Positions 10,434 to 21,023 of a stretch of DNA of 64,000 nucleotides are shown one piece after another. The translations under genes were made by a program, and so were the position numbers. Under the pieces are notes generated by a model that was not told the origin of the DNA, made no database searches, and saw nothing but the letters and a program-made list of their open reading frames with translations. How positions within the stretch are numbered: the stretch's first letter is position 1; each line of letters starts with the position of its first letter. Source of the DNA: Squalus acanthias (Eukaryota). The DNA lies in the NCBI GenBank assembly GCA_030390025.1, contig CM059431.1:145082001-145146000 (forward strand), given 5' to 3'.

Positions 10434-13400
10434 TTAGGAGGCCGGGATGCTCCCTCCATTTCGTAGCCGCCGGACGAGGGAGAGCCGCACCCGTTTGGGT
10501 TCTCGTAGCGGTAGAGGGCCCCTAGCCCGTTTACCCGCCGCGGGCCGTGGACCAGAGTCCGAGTGATCCAGCCCGCTCTGTGACGGGTCAGGACGATCCT
10601 GACTGTGTACTGGTGCCCGAACGGGTGTCGGGCAGGGCTGTGGCAGATCCGTTTCCGAGCGTATGGTACGGGGTGGATCGTGGCTGCGCGTGCGAGCCCC
10701 GACGGGCTCATAGTCAGTCTGCCCCAGGTCGGCACGCTGGAGTGAGGTACCAGCCGGCGTCAGATCCAGATTGTGATGAGAGGCACCTGGCGAGCCCAGA
10801 GATGTGCCTGGTACAATATCATCCCCTGGTGTCCCTCTATGTTTCGGCGGGCAGGGAGCCAGATCCCGCAATGACACGGTAGATTCCCGACCGTCAGGAT
10901 ATCGAATATAGGCGTAGGTAGGGTTGACGTCAGTGAGCTCAACCTCATCTACCAGGGGGTCATTCTTAGACGCCCGGACATATCTTCGGAGTAGCACTGG
11001 TCCCGGTGCAGTCAGCCACGACGGGAGAGATATCCCATAGGATGAGCGACGCTGAAATCGGAAGAACCGTTCATGAGGCGTCGTATTTGTGGCGGTCGAA
11101 AGGAGGGACCGTGTGGAGTGTAATGCGTCTGGAAGTACTGCTTCCCATTGCTGGTTGGGTAGGCCCCGAGATCTCAAAGCCAGACGTACCGCATTCCAGA
11201 TGATAGCGTTAAAACGCTCGACTTGCCCATTCCTGACCGGATGATAAGGCGTCGTTCTGCTGGCAGCAATACCCCGTTCCGAGAGATAGGCCTTGAGTTC
11301 TCCTGACATAAAAGAAGGGCCCCGATCCGAATGAACATAGGATGCCATGCCACAGAAAGCAAATACCTGCTCAAGGCAGCTGATAACCGTGGTCGTCAGC
11401 ATATTGGGGCAGGGAAAGGCAAACGGAAAACGGGAATACTCATCGACCATGGTCAATAGATAAGTGTTGCGAGTTGAAGAGGGCAACGGCCCCTTAAAAT
11501 CGATGCTAAGCCGTTGCATTGGCTGGGTCGCATGTATGAGTATACCACCCGAGGGGCGGAAAAACTGAGGTTTCAATTCCGCACAGACTCTGCAGTCCGA
11601 GCACCTCTTCTTTACATCCCCGGTAGAGAATGGGAGATTTCGGGACCGCACGAAGTGTAGCATGCGAGTAACGCCCGGATGACACAACCCATCATGGATG
11701 TCTACGAGCGTAGAGGGTGCCATGGCGGAGCAGAATGCTCGTGTGAGGGTATCCGGAGCCACATTCTCCTTGCCAGGTCGATAGTGGATGGTGTAACCAA
11801 AAGAGGCCAATTCCAGCCGCCAAAGCTGGATTTTATTATTTTTAATTTTGGTCCGTTTTCGATTATCGAGCATGAAGGCGACCGATCGCTGGTCCGTGAT
11901 TAAGGTAAAGTGCTGGCGAGCTAGGAGATGAGTCCACTTCCGTACTGCCTCTATGATGGCTGTAGCTTCTTTCTCGACTGGAGGATAATGTAGCTCAGCC
12001 CCTTGAAAAGTCCTGGACAAAAATGCCACCGGACGACCTTCCTGATTCAGAGTGGCCGAGATCGCCACCTCCGAGGCATCACACTCAACAACAAAAGGAA
12101 GACTCTCATCGATGGAGTGAAGAGCCGCTTTCTCCAACTGTTTTTTCAGGAGGTTAAAGGCTGCAACAGCCGCTGTGTCTAGTGGGAATGTGCTGGCCTT
12201 CAGTAGAGGTTGGATTCGGTCCGAGAAGTTAGGAATCCATTTAGCATAGTATGCAAACAGGCCGAGGGCCCGGCGCAAGGAGGCCGGATTCTTAGGTGGC
12301 GGGAGTTCTTGGAGTGGGCGAAGCCTTTCAGGGTCAGGTTTAATGATGCCATTGCCCACACAATAGCCAAGGATGTTGATGGTTGGTTGTGACTCAATGG
12401 ATTTAGCCGCATTTAATGTCAAATTACGGTGCTGGAGTGCATCCCAAAATCGTTGGAGATTGGCGTCATGTTCCCGCTGATTGCGACCTGCGACAGTAAT
12501 ATTGTCCAGATAAGGAAACGTATCCTTCAAGTCTTCCTGTTTGACCAGGTCATCCATTGCTCGCTGGAAGACAGCCACTCCATTAGTGACCCCAAAGGGG
12601 AGGCGACGAAATTGATACAGCCGTCCATTGGCTTCAAAGGCCGTATACTGCTTGTCTGAGACCTTCAAGGGTACCTGATGATAGGCACTTTTCAGATCAT
12701 ATGTTGAGAACACCGTGTACTCAGCCAGTATATTAACCATATCATCGATGCGCGGCAATGGGTATGCGTCCAAGTCCGTATATTGATTGATGGTCTGTGA
12801 ATAGTCAATGCACAGCCGTTTCTTGTGAGGTTGTAGAGGGTTCTTAACAATAACGACCTGGGCGCGCCATGGCGACGAACAAGGCTCGATGATATCCTCT
12901 GCTAAAAGCCGAGAAATCTCAGCCGCAATAAAAGACTGGTCTTCCTGACTGAAACGTCGTGACTTTGTTATAATCGGTTTGCATCGAGGAGGGATACTGG
13001 TAAACAGTGAGGGTTCATCCAGTGAAGCTGCTGACAATGCACAGAACGGTAATCGAGGTCGTATATTAGAAATAGTGAGTTCAGGTTTGGATCTGCCGAA
13101 CTCAATGGTGAGCTTCTTATGCTGCTTTTGAAAATCCAGCCCTAAGATAAGATCACTACATAAGTCCTTGAGCACCGAAAGCCGGGTGGAGGGATACCTG
13201 CGACCATTAAGTGTTATTTCAACCATACAAAAGCCAGAAATTCTGGTATTAAGTGATGACTGAGCCATCGCAATTGCCTGGTCCGATGGGAAAACATGTA
13301 GCTTTAACTCTGCAACAATCTGTTCCCTAATGAAACTATCAGTGCTACCTGAGTCAATTAAGGCATCTAAAGTATGTCCATTAATTGATGCTTTTGTAGC

Positions 13401-13727
13401 TGCATGGAATAGGTTCTGAGGACAAGCAGCTGTAATTGGTGTCGTTGCACAAAGAGTGGCTGAAACTCTAGGTGTGTTTCTTCGAGAGAAAACCCGAGAG
13501 GAAGCACGATAGATTTTAGCTGGAACATCTTGATAGGCCCTTACCGGGGCAGTTCGGTAGGACTTAGCTTGATAAGCCCTCGTAGAGGCTCTTGATAGGC
13601 AAACCTTTGCAAAATGACCCTTTTTGTTGCAATGACTGCAAAACGCATTGCGAGCAGGGCAGAATTTCCGAGGGTGAAACTCATCACCACAAAAGAAGCA
13701 TTTCTTAGATTGCCAAGAGGCTGCCAC
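10434..13727 (-). CDS. Gypsy polyprotein C-terminal part: double CCHC knuckle, protease, RT, RNase H, integrase
   Basis: CFFCGDEFHPRKFC..CSHCNKKGHFAKVC; LIDSGS; YDLKSAYHQ, LPFG, YLDN; ECDAS..EKEA..TDQR; H..H..C..C zinc finger and D..D..E integrase. Confidence 0.92.
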   Translation of the reverse strand: MAASWQSKKCFFCGDEFHPRKFCPARNAFCSHCNKKGHFAKVCLSRASTRAYQAKSYRTAPVRAYQDVPAKIYRASSRVFSRRNTPRVSATLCATTPITAACPQNLFHAATKASINGHTLDALIDSGSTDSFIREQIVAELKLHVFPSDQAIAMAQSSLNTRISGFCMVEITLNGRRYPSTRLSVLKDLCSDLILGLDFQKQHKKLTIEFGRSKPELTISNIRPRLPFCALSAASLDEPSLFTSIPPRCKPIITKSRRFSQEDQSFIAAEISRLLAEDIIEPCSSPWRAQVVIVKNPLQPHKKRLCIDYSQTINQYTDLDAYPLPRIDDMVNILAEYTVFSTYDLKSAYHQVPLKVSDKQYTAFEANGRLYQFRRLPFGVTNGVAVFQRAMDDLVKQEDLKDTFPYLDNITVAGRNQREHDANLQRFWDALQHRNLTLNAAKSIESQPTINILGYCVGNGIIKPDPERLRPLQELPPPKNPASLRRALGLFAYYAKWIPNFSDRIQPLLKASTFPLDTAAVAAFNLLKKQLEKAALHSIDESLPFVVECDASEVAISATLNQEGRPVAFLSRTFQGAELHYPPVEKEATAIIEAVRKWTHLLARQHFTLITDQRSVAFMLDNRKRTKIKNNKIQLWRLELASFGYTIHYRPGKENVAPDTLTRAFCSAMAPSTLVDIHDGLCHPGVTRMLHFVRSRNLPFSTGDVKKRCSDCRVCAELKPQFFRPSGGILIHATQPMQRLSIDFKGPLPSSTRNTYLLTMVDEYSRFPFAFPCPNMLTTTVISCLEQVFAFCGMASYVHSDRGPSFMSGELKAYLSERGIAASRTTPYHPVRNGQVERFNAIIWNAVRLALRSRGLPNQQWEAVLPDALHSTRSLLSTATNTTPHERFFRFQRRSSYGISLPSWLTAPGPVLLRRYVRASKNDPLVDEVELTDVNPTYAYIRYPDGRESTVSLRDLAPCPPKHRGTPGDDIVPGTSLGSPGASHHNLDLTPAGTSLQRADLGQTDYEPVGARTRSHDPPRTIRSETDLPQPCPTPVRAPVHSQDRPDPSQSGLDHSDSGPRPAAGKRARGPLPLREPKRVRLSLVRRLRNGGSIPAS

Positions 13728-14389
13728 AGTGGGGTCATCATCCTCTTCATCAGTGAAGTCATCAGATTGATCGTCAGGGATAAAGTCCTCCTAATAGAGT
13801 TCACCTGTGGCCTCTTAAATTGCCTGACTGTAGTTAAGGCAGCAGACCGAGGTCTGGGCACTGTATAAAGGTCTGCATTTCTTTTTGCCAGATCTAGAGA
13901 GCAAGCCATGTCATAAGCTCTCTGAAGCTCAAGTGTCTTACTTTCCAGTAGACGCTGGCGTATAAATGGGGAGGCAAGCCCGCAGATGAAAGCATCACGG
14001 ATCATTTCTTCACGGTACAGCTCAGCTGAGGCCGCCTGAAAGTTACAGTCCATACTAAGTCTGCGAAGCTCTTGGAGGAATTTATCAATGGATTCCTCCG
14101 GCCCTTGTTGGGCTGTAGCTAGTAGATGTCTGGCATAGACCTCATTCGGTGTCTTAGTATATAGTCTTTTAAGCGTCCGAATTGCCTCCTCGTAACTGCC
14201 CCATTCCTCAACATACTGAAATACATTCGGAGTGACACAGTTGATGAGTATCCGCAACTTTGTGTCATCATCAGCCTTGCAATATTCGAGAAAATTGTCA
14301 AACGTGCGATACCAGTGTTTCCACACCTTACCGGCTGCTGGGGTGTTTCGGTCCAAGTCAAGACGCGATGGTTTAAGGATGTTTTCCAT
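13541..14389 (-). CDS. Gypsy Gag N-terminal part, frameshifted at ~13790
   Basis: Near-identical to the N-terminus of the continuous ORF in copy C. One C is missing at 13790-13791 relative to 62938-62940. Confidence 0.85.
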   Translation of the reverse strand: MENILKPSRLDLDRNTPAAGKVWKHWYRTFDNFLEYCKADDDTKLRILINCVTPNVFQYVEEWGSYEEAIRTLKRLYTKTPNEVYARHLLATAQQGPEESIDKFLQELRRLSMDCNFQAASAELYREEMIRDAFICGLASPFIRQRLLESKTLELQRAYDMACSLDLAKRNADLYTVPRPRSAALTTVRQFKRPQVNSIRRTLSLTINLMTSLMKRMMTPLWQPLGNLRNASFVVMSFTLGNSALLAMRFAVIATKRVILQRFAYQEPLRGLIKLSPTELPR

Positions 14390-15358
14390 GATGGGTGATT
14401 CCCTGGATCCTTAGTTCCGAGTTCGTCCAAAAAGTTTGAGTGCGAAGTTTTTCAAAGTTGATTAAATTGTCGTAAGAATGAGCCTTACGCGTGGTGAACT
14501 TAAAGTAAGCTTTAATCAACTAAAAAGGTGCTACATACAAAAGAGGTCTTACTCTATGCCTCTCCAGGATCCAACTGCTCAGTCCAGTATTTATCCTGGA
14601 CTAATCACAGGAAGTGATGCAATAAAGTTCGAGTCACAGGAAGCTGTATTGTGTTACCACAAGCCCCTCGAGCATGTTCCGCTACTCAATTGTATCGTGG
14701 CCAATCTGTATTTTAAACCAATTTACCCACCTTGGTCCCCTAACCCTTAATACCCTTGCCTAACAAAACTAAATAAATCTTAGTTTGAAAATTGTCAATT
14801 GACCCCCAGCCTCCACAGCTTTTTAGGCTGAGAGTTTATATTTTTGGTATATTTTGTGTGAAGGAGTGCTTTCTGCCATAACTCCTGACCGGCCCAGCTC
14901 TTTTTAAGTAAATGCCCCCTTAGTCTGGACTCACCCACCAGATGAAATAGGTTTCTGTTCCACTAATGTAATCCCTTCAAATTCGTTATAATTCTGGCGA
15001 ATCAGTGTTGGACCACTTCAAGGTCAATGTATACTTCCTGAGGTGTGGAGCCCAGAACTGAACACAGTTCTCTCAATGGAGTCTAACCAGAGCGCTGTAC
15101 AGTTTTAACACAAGTTCCACCCCTTTTTATTCCAGCTTTCTTGAGATAAAGGCCAACATTCTAGTAGCATTGTAAATAGTCTTTTTCACATGTCCACTAT
15201 CTTTTCGCGATTTCTGTACCTGGACTCCCGAATCTCTCTGCTCATCCACAGTTTCTAACTTCTCACCATTTACAAAATACACTGATCTTTGGTTCTAAGT
15301 TCAACATTGAATGACCTCACACTTCCCCACATTGAACTTTATTTGCTACAGCTTTTGC

Positions 15359-15920
15359 CATAGAGTGCAAAGCAGAAGGAGTTATGCTGAACCTTTTCAA
15401 ATCACGGGTTAGGCTTCAGCTGGAGAACTGTGTTCAATTACGGGCACCGCACTTTGGCAAGGACGTCAAGGCTTTGGAGATTTATTAGAATGTTAGCAGG
15501 GATGAGGGATTTCAGTTACGTGGAGAGAATAATGTAGATGGGATTATTCTCCTTGGAGAAATGAAGTTTAAAGATAGTTTTAATAGACGCGTTCAAAATC
15601 ATGAAAGTTTTTTGATGAGCAAATAAGATGAAACTGTTTCCACTGGCGGAAGGGTCAGTAGCGACAGGTCACATATTTAAGGTAATTGGCAAATGAGCCA
15701 GAGGTGCGATGAGTAGATTTTTTTTTCAGAACCATTGAGTTATTATGATTGGGAAGGCACTGCCAGAAAGGGTGTTGGAAGCAGATACAGTAGTAACTTT
15801 TAAAAGGCTATGGGGAAAGAGCAGGCGAGTGGGATTAATTGGATTGTTGTTTCAAAGAGCCGGCACAGCCACGATGTTCCAAATCGGCTCCTTATATGCT
15901 GTATGCTTCTATGATTTTAT
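15359..15920 (+). mobile_element. CR1 3' fragment (continuation of 9600-10189)
   Basis: Resumes the INRGIEYKS-like sequence and ends in a CR1 tail. Confidence 0.7.
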
Positions 15921-16019
15921 TATATCGACCTCTAACTCTTTCTTCCTAAGCGTGGCATATACGAGAAAAAATTTGAATAATATTTACAGCAGCAGAGCTT
16001 TAGCCTATGAGATTGGATT

Positions 16020-16216
16020 TGGGAGTTGTGGTCTACTAAATTACATAACTGCCAGTAAGGTAATTTCTGAAAATAAACAATATATTCTTACCTAAAACAT
16101 TCTTTATACGTCAAATGATCAATAAATTTGAGCTACTACGTTATTAAACGGCGATTTTGCTACATTAAAACACTATAATTGTGCTCAGTATATTCCGGTC
16201 CTTACCTTGTGCTGCG
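16020..16216 (-). repeat. Truncated exon module M0
   Basis: CTATAATTGTGCTCAGTATATTCCGG.CCTTACCTTGTGCTGCG is shared with 25925-25968 and 31845-31888. Only about 11 nt of the exon remain. Confidence 0.8.
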
Positions 16217-16839
16217 AGTTTGGTGAGTGAGGGAATGAATTTTAAAGGTTAATTTTTTTTAATAAAATCTACTCTTGTGTGCTTGCAATTAGCATTTAAC
16301 TTAAATTTAAATTTACTTTTTCAAGTTTTAAGTTTCTTCCAGGCTTGGGCAGGGCTAAGCAACCTCTGTGCTGGAGAGCAGGTGAGAATAATTAATTGAA
16401 TAACTAGTCTAATCTGGTTCTGTATCTGCCAGACAGCTCAGTTATTCAATCTCAGCAGTATAAATAAGGGAGGCTAGAGTGCAGTTTCTCACGGAGTGCA
16501 GCTCGGAACAGAGAGTGAAGCTTTGAGTTTGGTGACTGAGGGAATTCGGGGAGGGAGGTGTTCCTTTCTTTTTCAGCTTCCAGAAGAGCAGGAGTTAAAA
16601 AGCTGCAGACGAGTGGACAGAGAACCAGCAGGAGTTCGGCTCTGTGACAGACCCCAAGCGCATTTGGAGAAAAATATAACGTGACATCACAGGGAAAAGG
16701 GTAAGTGATTGGTTGGTTAGTATTTTGCTCATCTCCCTTATCTTTTAAAGCCCAGAAAATTAATTAGTAATTGTAAGGTTTCATTAGTATTAGTTTACTA
16801 GCAGTAATACATCTAATTAGGTGTATAATTACTCTTTAC

Positions 16840-17378
16840 ACAAATCCCTTTGTAACAAAAGCTAAAATACTAATTGCTTTCCTAATTTCTTGCTGTACCT
16901 GCATGTTAACTTTCTGTGATACATGTGCAAGTGCACCCAGGTCCCTCTGAATGCAAACATTTCCCAGTCACTCGCCATTCAAAAATTATTCTGCTTTTTT
17001 GTTTTTCCTATTAAAGTGTATAACTTCACACTTCCCCACATTGTATTCAATTTCCATGTTCTTGCCCACTTAACCAACCTGTCTATATCTCTCTGCAGGC
17101 TCTTTGTGTCCTCTACATAGCTTACTTTTCCACCTAACTTTGTATCATCAGCAAACTTGGATACTTTACACTCAGTCCCTCATCAAAGTCATAAATATAG
17201 ATTATAAGGAGCTGAGGCCCAATCACTGATCCTTGTGGTACTCCACTAGTTACAGCCTGCCAACCCGAAAAATTCCGTTTATTCCTGCTCTCTGTTTTCT
17301 GTCCATTAACCAATCCTCAATCTTTACTAATATATTACCCCGAATCCAATGAGTCCTATTTTTGTGTAATAACCGCTT
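16840..17378 (-). mobile_element. CR1 RT fragment
   Basis: Reverse complement encodes [15 protein letters not shown] and WQ/FN-type motifs. Confidence 0.8.
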
Positions 17379-19600
17379 GAGTGGCAGCTTTCAATCTAAA
17401 CAGAGGAAACTACATGGGTATGAGGGACAAAATGGCCATGGTAGATTGGGAGACTACACTAACATTTATGAAGGTGGTCATACAAAGGCTAACATTCAAG
17501 GAAATAATGCATAATTTGCAGCAAACTTATATTCCTCTAGGGCATAAAAACCCAAAAGGAAAAGTGATCGAACCATGGCTAACAAAAGAAATTAGAGCTA
17601 GTATTATTTCAAAGGAGGAAGCTTATAAAGTTGCTGGAAAATGCGGTCAGCCTGCGGATTGGGATATTTTTAGAAATCAGCAAAGGGAGACCAAGAAATT
17701 GATAAAGAAAGAGAAAATGAAATATGAGCACAAACTAGCGAAAAATATCAAAACAGATTGTTAAAGCTTCTATAGGTATGTGAAAAGGAAAAGACTGGCG
17801 AAGGTAAAATTAAATCCTTTCCAGACAGAGATGGAAGAATTTATAACGGGGAAGGAGGAAATGGCTGAGAAATTAAATAAATATTTTGTTTCTGCCTTCA
17901 CGGAGGAAGACACAAAAAACCTCCCAGAAATACGAGAAAACCAAGGTTGTGACGAGAATGAGGAACTTAAAGAAATTATTATTAGTAAAAAAAACAGTAC
18001 TAGCAAAATTAATGGGACTAAAAGTCGAAAAATCCCAAGCACCGGATGACCTACATCCTAGGGTTTTTGAAAGAGGTGGCCATTGGAATAGTGGACGCAT
18101 TAGTTGTCATCTTCCAAAATTCTATAGATTCTGGAAGGTTCCTGCAGATTGGAGGATAGCAAATGTAACCTCGCTATTTAAGAAAGGAGGGAGAGAGAAA
18201 ACGGGGAACTACAGAAATCTTAGCCTCACATCAGTTGTTGGGAAAATGCTGGAATCTTTTATAAAGGATGCAATAACTGTGCACTTGGAAGCTAATATTA
18301 AGATTGGGCAGAGTCAACATGGATTTATGAAAGGGAAATCCTGTTTGACAAACCTATTGGAGTTCTTTGAGGATGTAGCTCGTGGAGTAGTCAAAGGGGA
18401 ACCGGTAGATGCGGTGTATCTTGATTTTCAGAAGGCCTTCGATTAGGTCCTACACAAGAGGTTGGTGAACAAAAGTAGGGCACATGGAATTTGGGGTAAT
18501 ATACTTACATTGATTGAGAATTGGTTAACAGAACGAAAACAAAGAGTAGGGACAGACGGGTCTTTCTCAGGGTGGCAGGCTGTGACTAGTGGGGTACCGC
18601 AAGGATCGGTTCTTGGGCCCCAGCTATTCACAATCTATATCAATGATTTGGATGAGGGGACTAAATGTAACATTTCCAAATTTGCTGATGATACAAAGCT
18701 AGGTGGCAGTGTCAGTTATGAAGTGGATGTGAAGACGCTTCAAGGGGATCTCGACAGGCTCAGTGGGGGTGGCGAGAACATGGCAGATGGAATATCATGT
18801 GGATAAATGTGAAGTTATCCACGTTGGTACAAAAAACAGAAAGGCAGAGTATTTCCTAAATGGTGAAAGATTGGGGAATGCAGAAGCTCAAAGACACCTG
18901 GGTGTCCTTGTACTTGAGTCAATGAAAATGAATGTGCAGGTGAAGCAAGCCATTAGGAAGGCAAATGGTATGCTGGCCTTCATTACAAGATGATTTGAGT
19001 ACAGGAGTAAAGAAGTCTTACACCAATTATATATGGCCTTGGTGAGACCACACCTGGATTACTGTGTACAATTTTGGTCTCCTTACCTGAGGAAGGATAT
19101 AGTTGCCATAGAGGGAGTGCAACGAAGGTTCAGGAGATTGATTCCTGGGATGGCGGACTGCCTTATGAGAAGAGATTGAAACTAGGCCTGTATTCTCTTG
19201 AATTCAGAAGATTGGGAGGGGATCACATTGAAGCATACAAAATGATTACAGGGCTTGATAGGATGGATGCTGGGAGAATGTTTGCCTTAGCTGGGGAGTC
19301 TAGAACCAGCGGCAACAGCCTCAAGATAAAGGGTAGCCATTCAGGACTGAGAGGAGAAGAAATTTATTCACACAGATGGTGGTGAATTTTTGGAATTCTC
19401 TACCCCAGAGGGCTGTGGAGGCTCCGTCATTGGTTATATTCAAAACTGAAGTCGATAGATTTCTAACTAGTAAGGGCATCAAGGGACATGGCGATAGGGC
19501 CGGTGAATGGAATCAGCAGAAGATCAGCCATGATCTCATTGAATGGCGGAGCATGCTCGAAGGGCCAAATAAACTGGTCCTGCTCCTATTTCTTATGTTC
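17379..19600 (+). mobile_element. CR1 ORF2 fragment with 3' end
   Basis: [47 protein letters not shown] and FADDTK motifs; tail TTCTTATGTT. Confidence 0.92.
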
Positions 19601-19609
19601 GTATCTTCT

Positions 19610-20420
19610 TATCGAATGCTTTTCGAAAATCTGAATACACTACACCCATTGGTTCCCCCTTGTCTATCCTACTAATTACAACTTAAACAAAACTCTAACA
19701 GATTTGTCAAACACGATTTCCATTTCCTAAAGCCCCTTCCCCCTTTACCTTGGCAGAGAGATCAATAACCAGCGGGCTTAGATTTAAAGTAATTGGTAAA
19801 AGGTGTAGAGGGGAAAGTTCTTTTCCAAGAGGGTGTTGGGAGTCTGGAACTCACTGACTGAAAGGATGGTAGAGGCAGAAACCCTCACCAGTTTCAAAAG
19901 TGCTTGTATGTACACCTGAGGTGCTGTAACCTACAGGGCTACGGAGCAAGAGCTGGAAAGTGGGATTAGGCTGGATAGCTCTTTGTCGGCCGGCGTGGAC
20001 ACGATGGGCCGAATGCCCTCCATCCATGCTGTAACTTTCTATGATTCTATGAATACCATGTTGACTCTGGTAATCATATTACGATTTTCTAAGTGCCCTG
20101 TTACCACGTCCCAAATAATACATTCTAGCATTTTGCCTACTAGTGATATCAGACTAAATGGTCTGTTGTTCCCCGTTTTTTCTCATCCTCTTTTCTTAAA
20201 CAGCGGGGTTATGTTTGCTACCTTCAAATCCTTGGGGACTGTTGCAGAATATAGAGCATTCTGGGAGATTAATGGCAGTGCATCCATTATCTCAGCAGCT
20301 ACCTCTTTTAAAATCTGAGGATGGAGGGTTTCTCCAGTACTAATATCTCCAGTACTATGTCATTACATATACTGATTTATTTACGTTCCTCATCTTCTCT
20401 AGACCCTTGGTTCCCCATTA
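19610..20420. mobile_element. Mixed CR1 fragments (a minus-strand piece interrupted by a plus-strand 3' end at ~19735-20050)
   Basis: CR1 RT motifs in antisense on both sides of a CR1 3' UTR ending CTATGATTCTATGA. Confidence 0.65.
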
Positions 20421-20963
20421 GTTCCGGACTCATCAATAGCGCCATCAAGGAACATTCACTCATAAATAAACTGTTCCACCAGGCTCTGTTCGGGTGGTGC
20501 ATGAAATCCTCGGATCCAGAAAGTTGAATGCTAGAAAAGAGGTGCCAGTATCTCCCCTAGACAACAAGGCACCATTTGACTCTGTTTGGCACCAAGGAGT
20601 CCGAGCATCCTGAGGTCAATGCGGGTCAAAGGGTAAAGCTCCCGTGGCTGGAAACTTTGGATTTCGGTGCTGGTCATGCTAACTATTTTATGTTGAAAAT
20701 CCTCGATCTTTAACTGTTTGTTTATATTAGTATCATTAACGGGGAATATATTTTAACGTGGGAGTTTCCATTTTGAGGTTTTATTCTGTTAAATTGCTCT
20801 TCTTCAAGTCAGTTAATTTTTTGGGGAAAAAACATTCTTACCAGACCCAATATGGATATTATAGCATTTCAATATAATTGAACTACTACACAGATAAACG
20901 GCGACGAGTCCATTCCGGTACATTAAAGAACTATAATGGTGCTCAGTTTATTCTGGTCCGCAC

Positions 20964-21023
20964 CTTCTGCTGCTGCTCCTGATTCCGCTCCCTGAGACTC
21001 CGGGTAATTTATCGTTGTTTGTT
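20964..21023 (-). other. 60-nt candidate exon, module M1
   Basis: CTGCAG|...GAAG|GTGCGG. The phase 1-1 frame is open: (E)QTTINYPESQGAESGAAAE. Confidence 0.55.

Larger units (their letters stand above)
10222..14661 (-). mobile_element. Full-length young Ty3/Gypsy LTR retrotransposon (Mag-like), copy A
   Basis: 194-bp LTRs (10222-10415, 14468-14661) that look identical by eye, with TG..CA ends. TSD AGCCC. PPT GGGGGGGGAGAA at 10416-10427 (minus). Domain order gag-PR-RT-RH-IN. Confidence 0.97.
10190..15358 (-). mobile_element. CR1 3' fragment (10190-10221 + 14662-15358) split by the Gypsy element
   Basis: Tail GAACATAAGAACAGGAGG..TTCAGCCC|CTCGAGC.. is continuous across the LTR element. Flanked by CATAG at 10185-10189 and 15359-15363. 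Confidence 0.75.

Noticed and set aside
10232..10525. Repeated small ORF MSLTRGELK... (four copies)
   Set aside because: Antisense translation of the LTR.
13541..13800. Programmed gag-pol frameshift in copy A
   Set aside because: Sister copy C reads through in one frame; the difference is a single C, so this is a mutation or a sequencing error.
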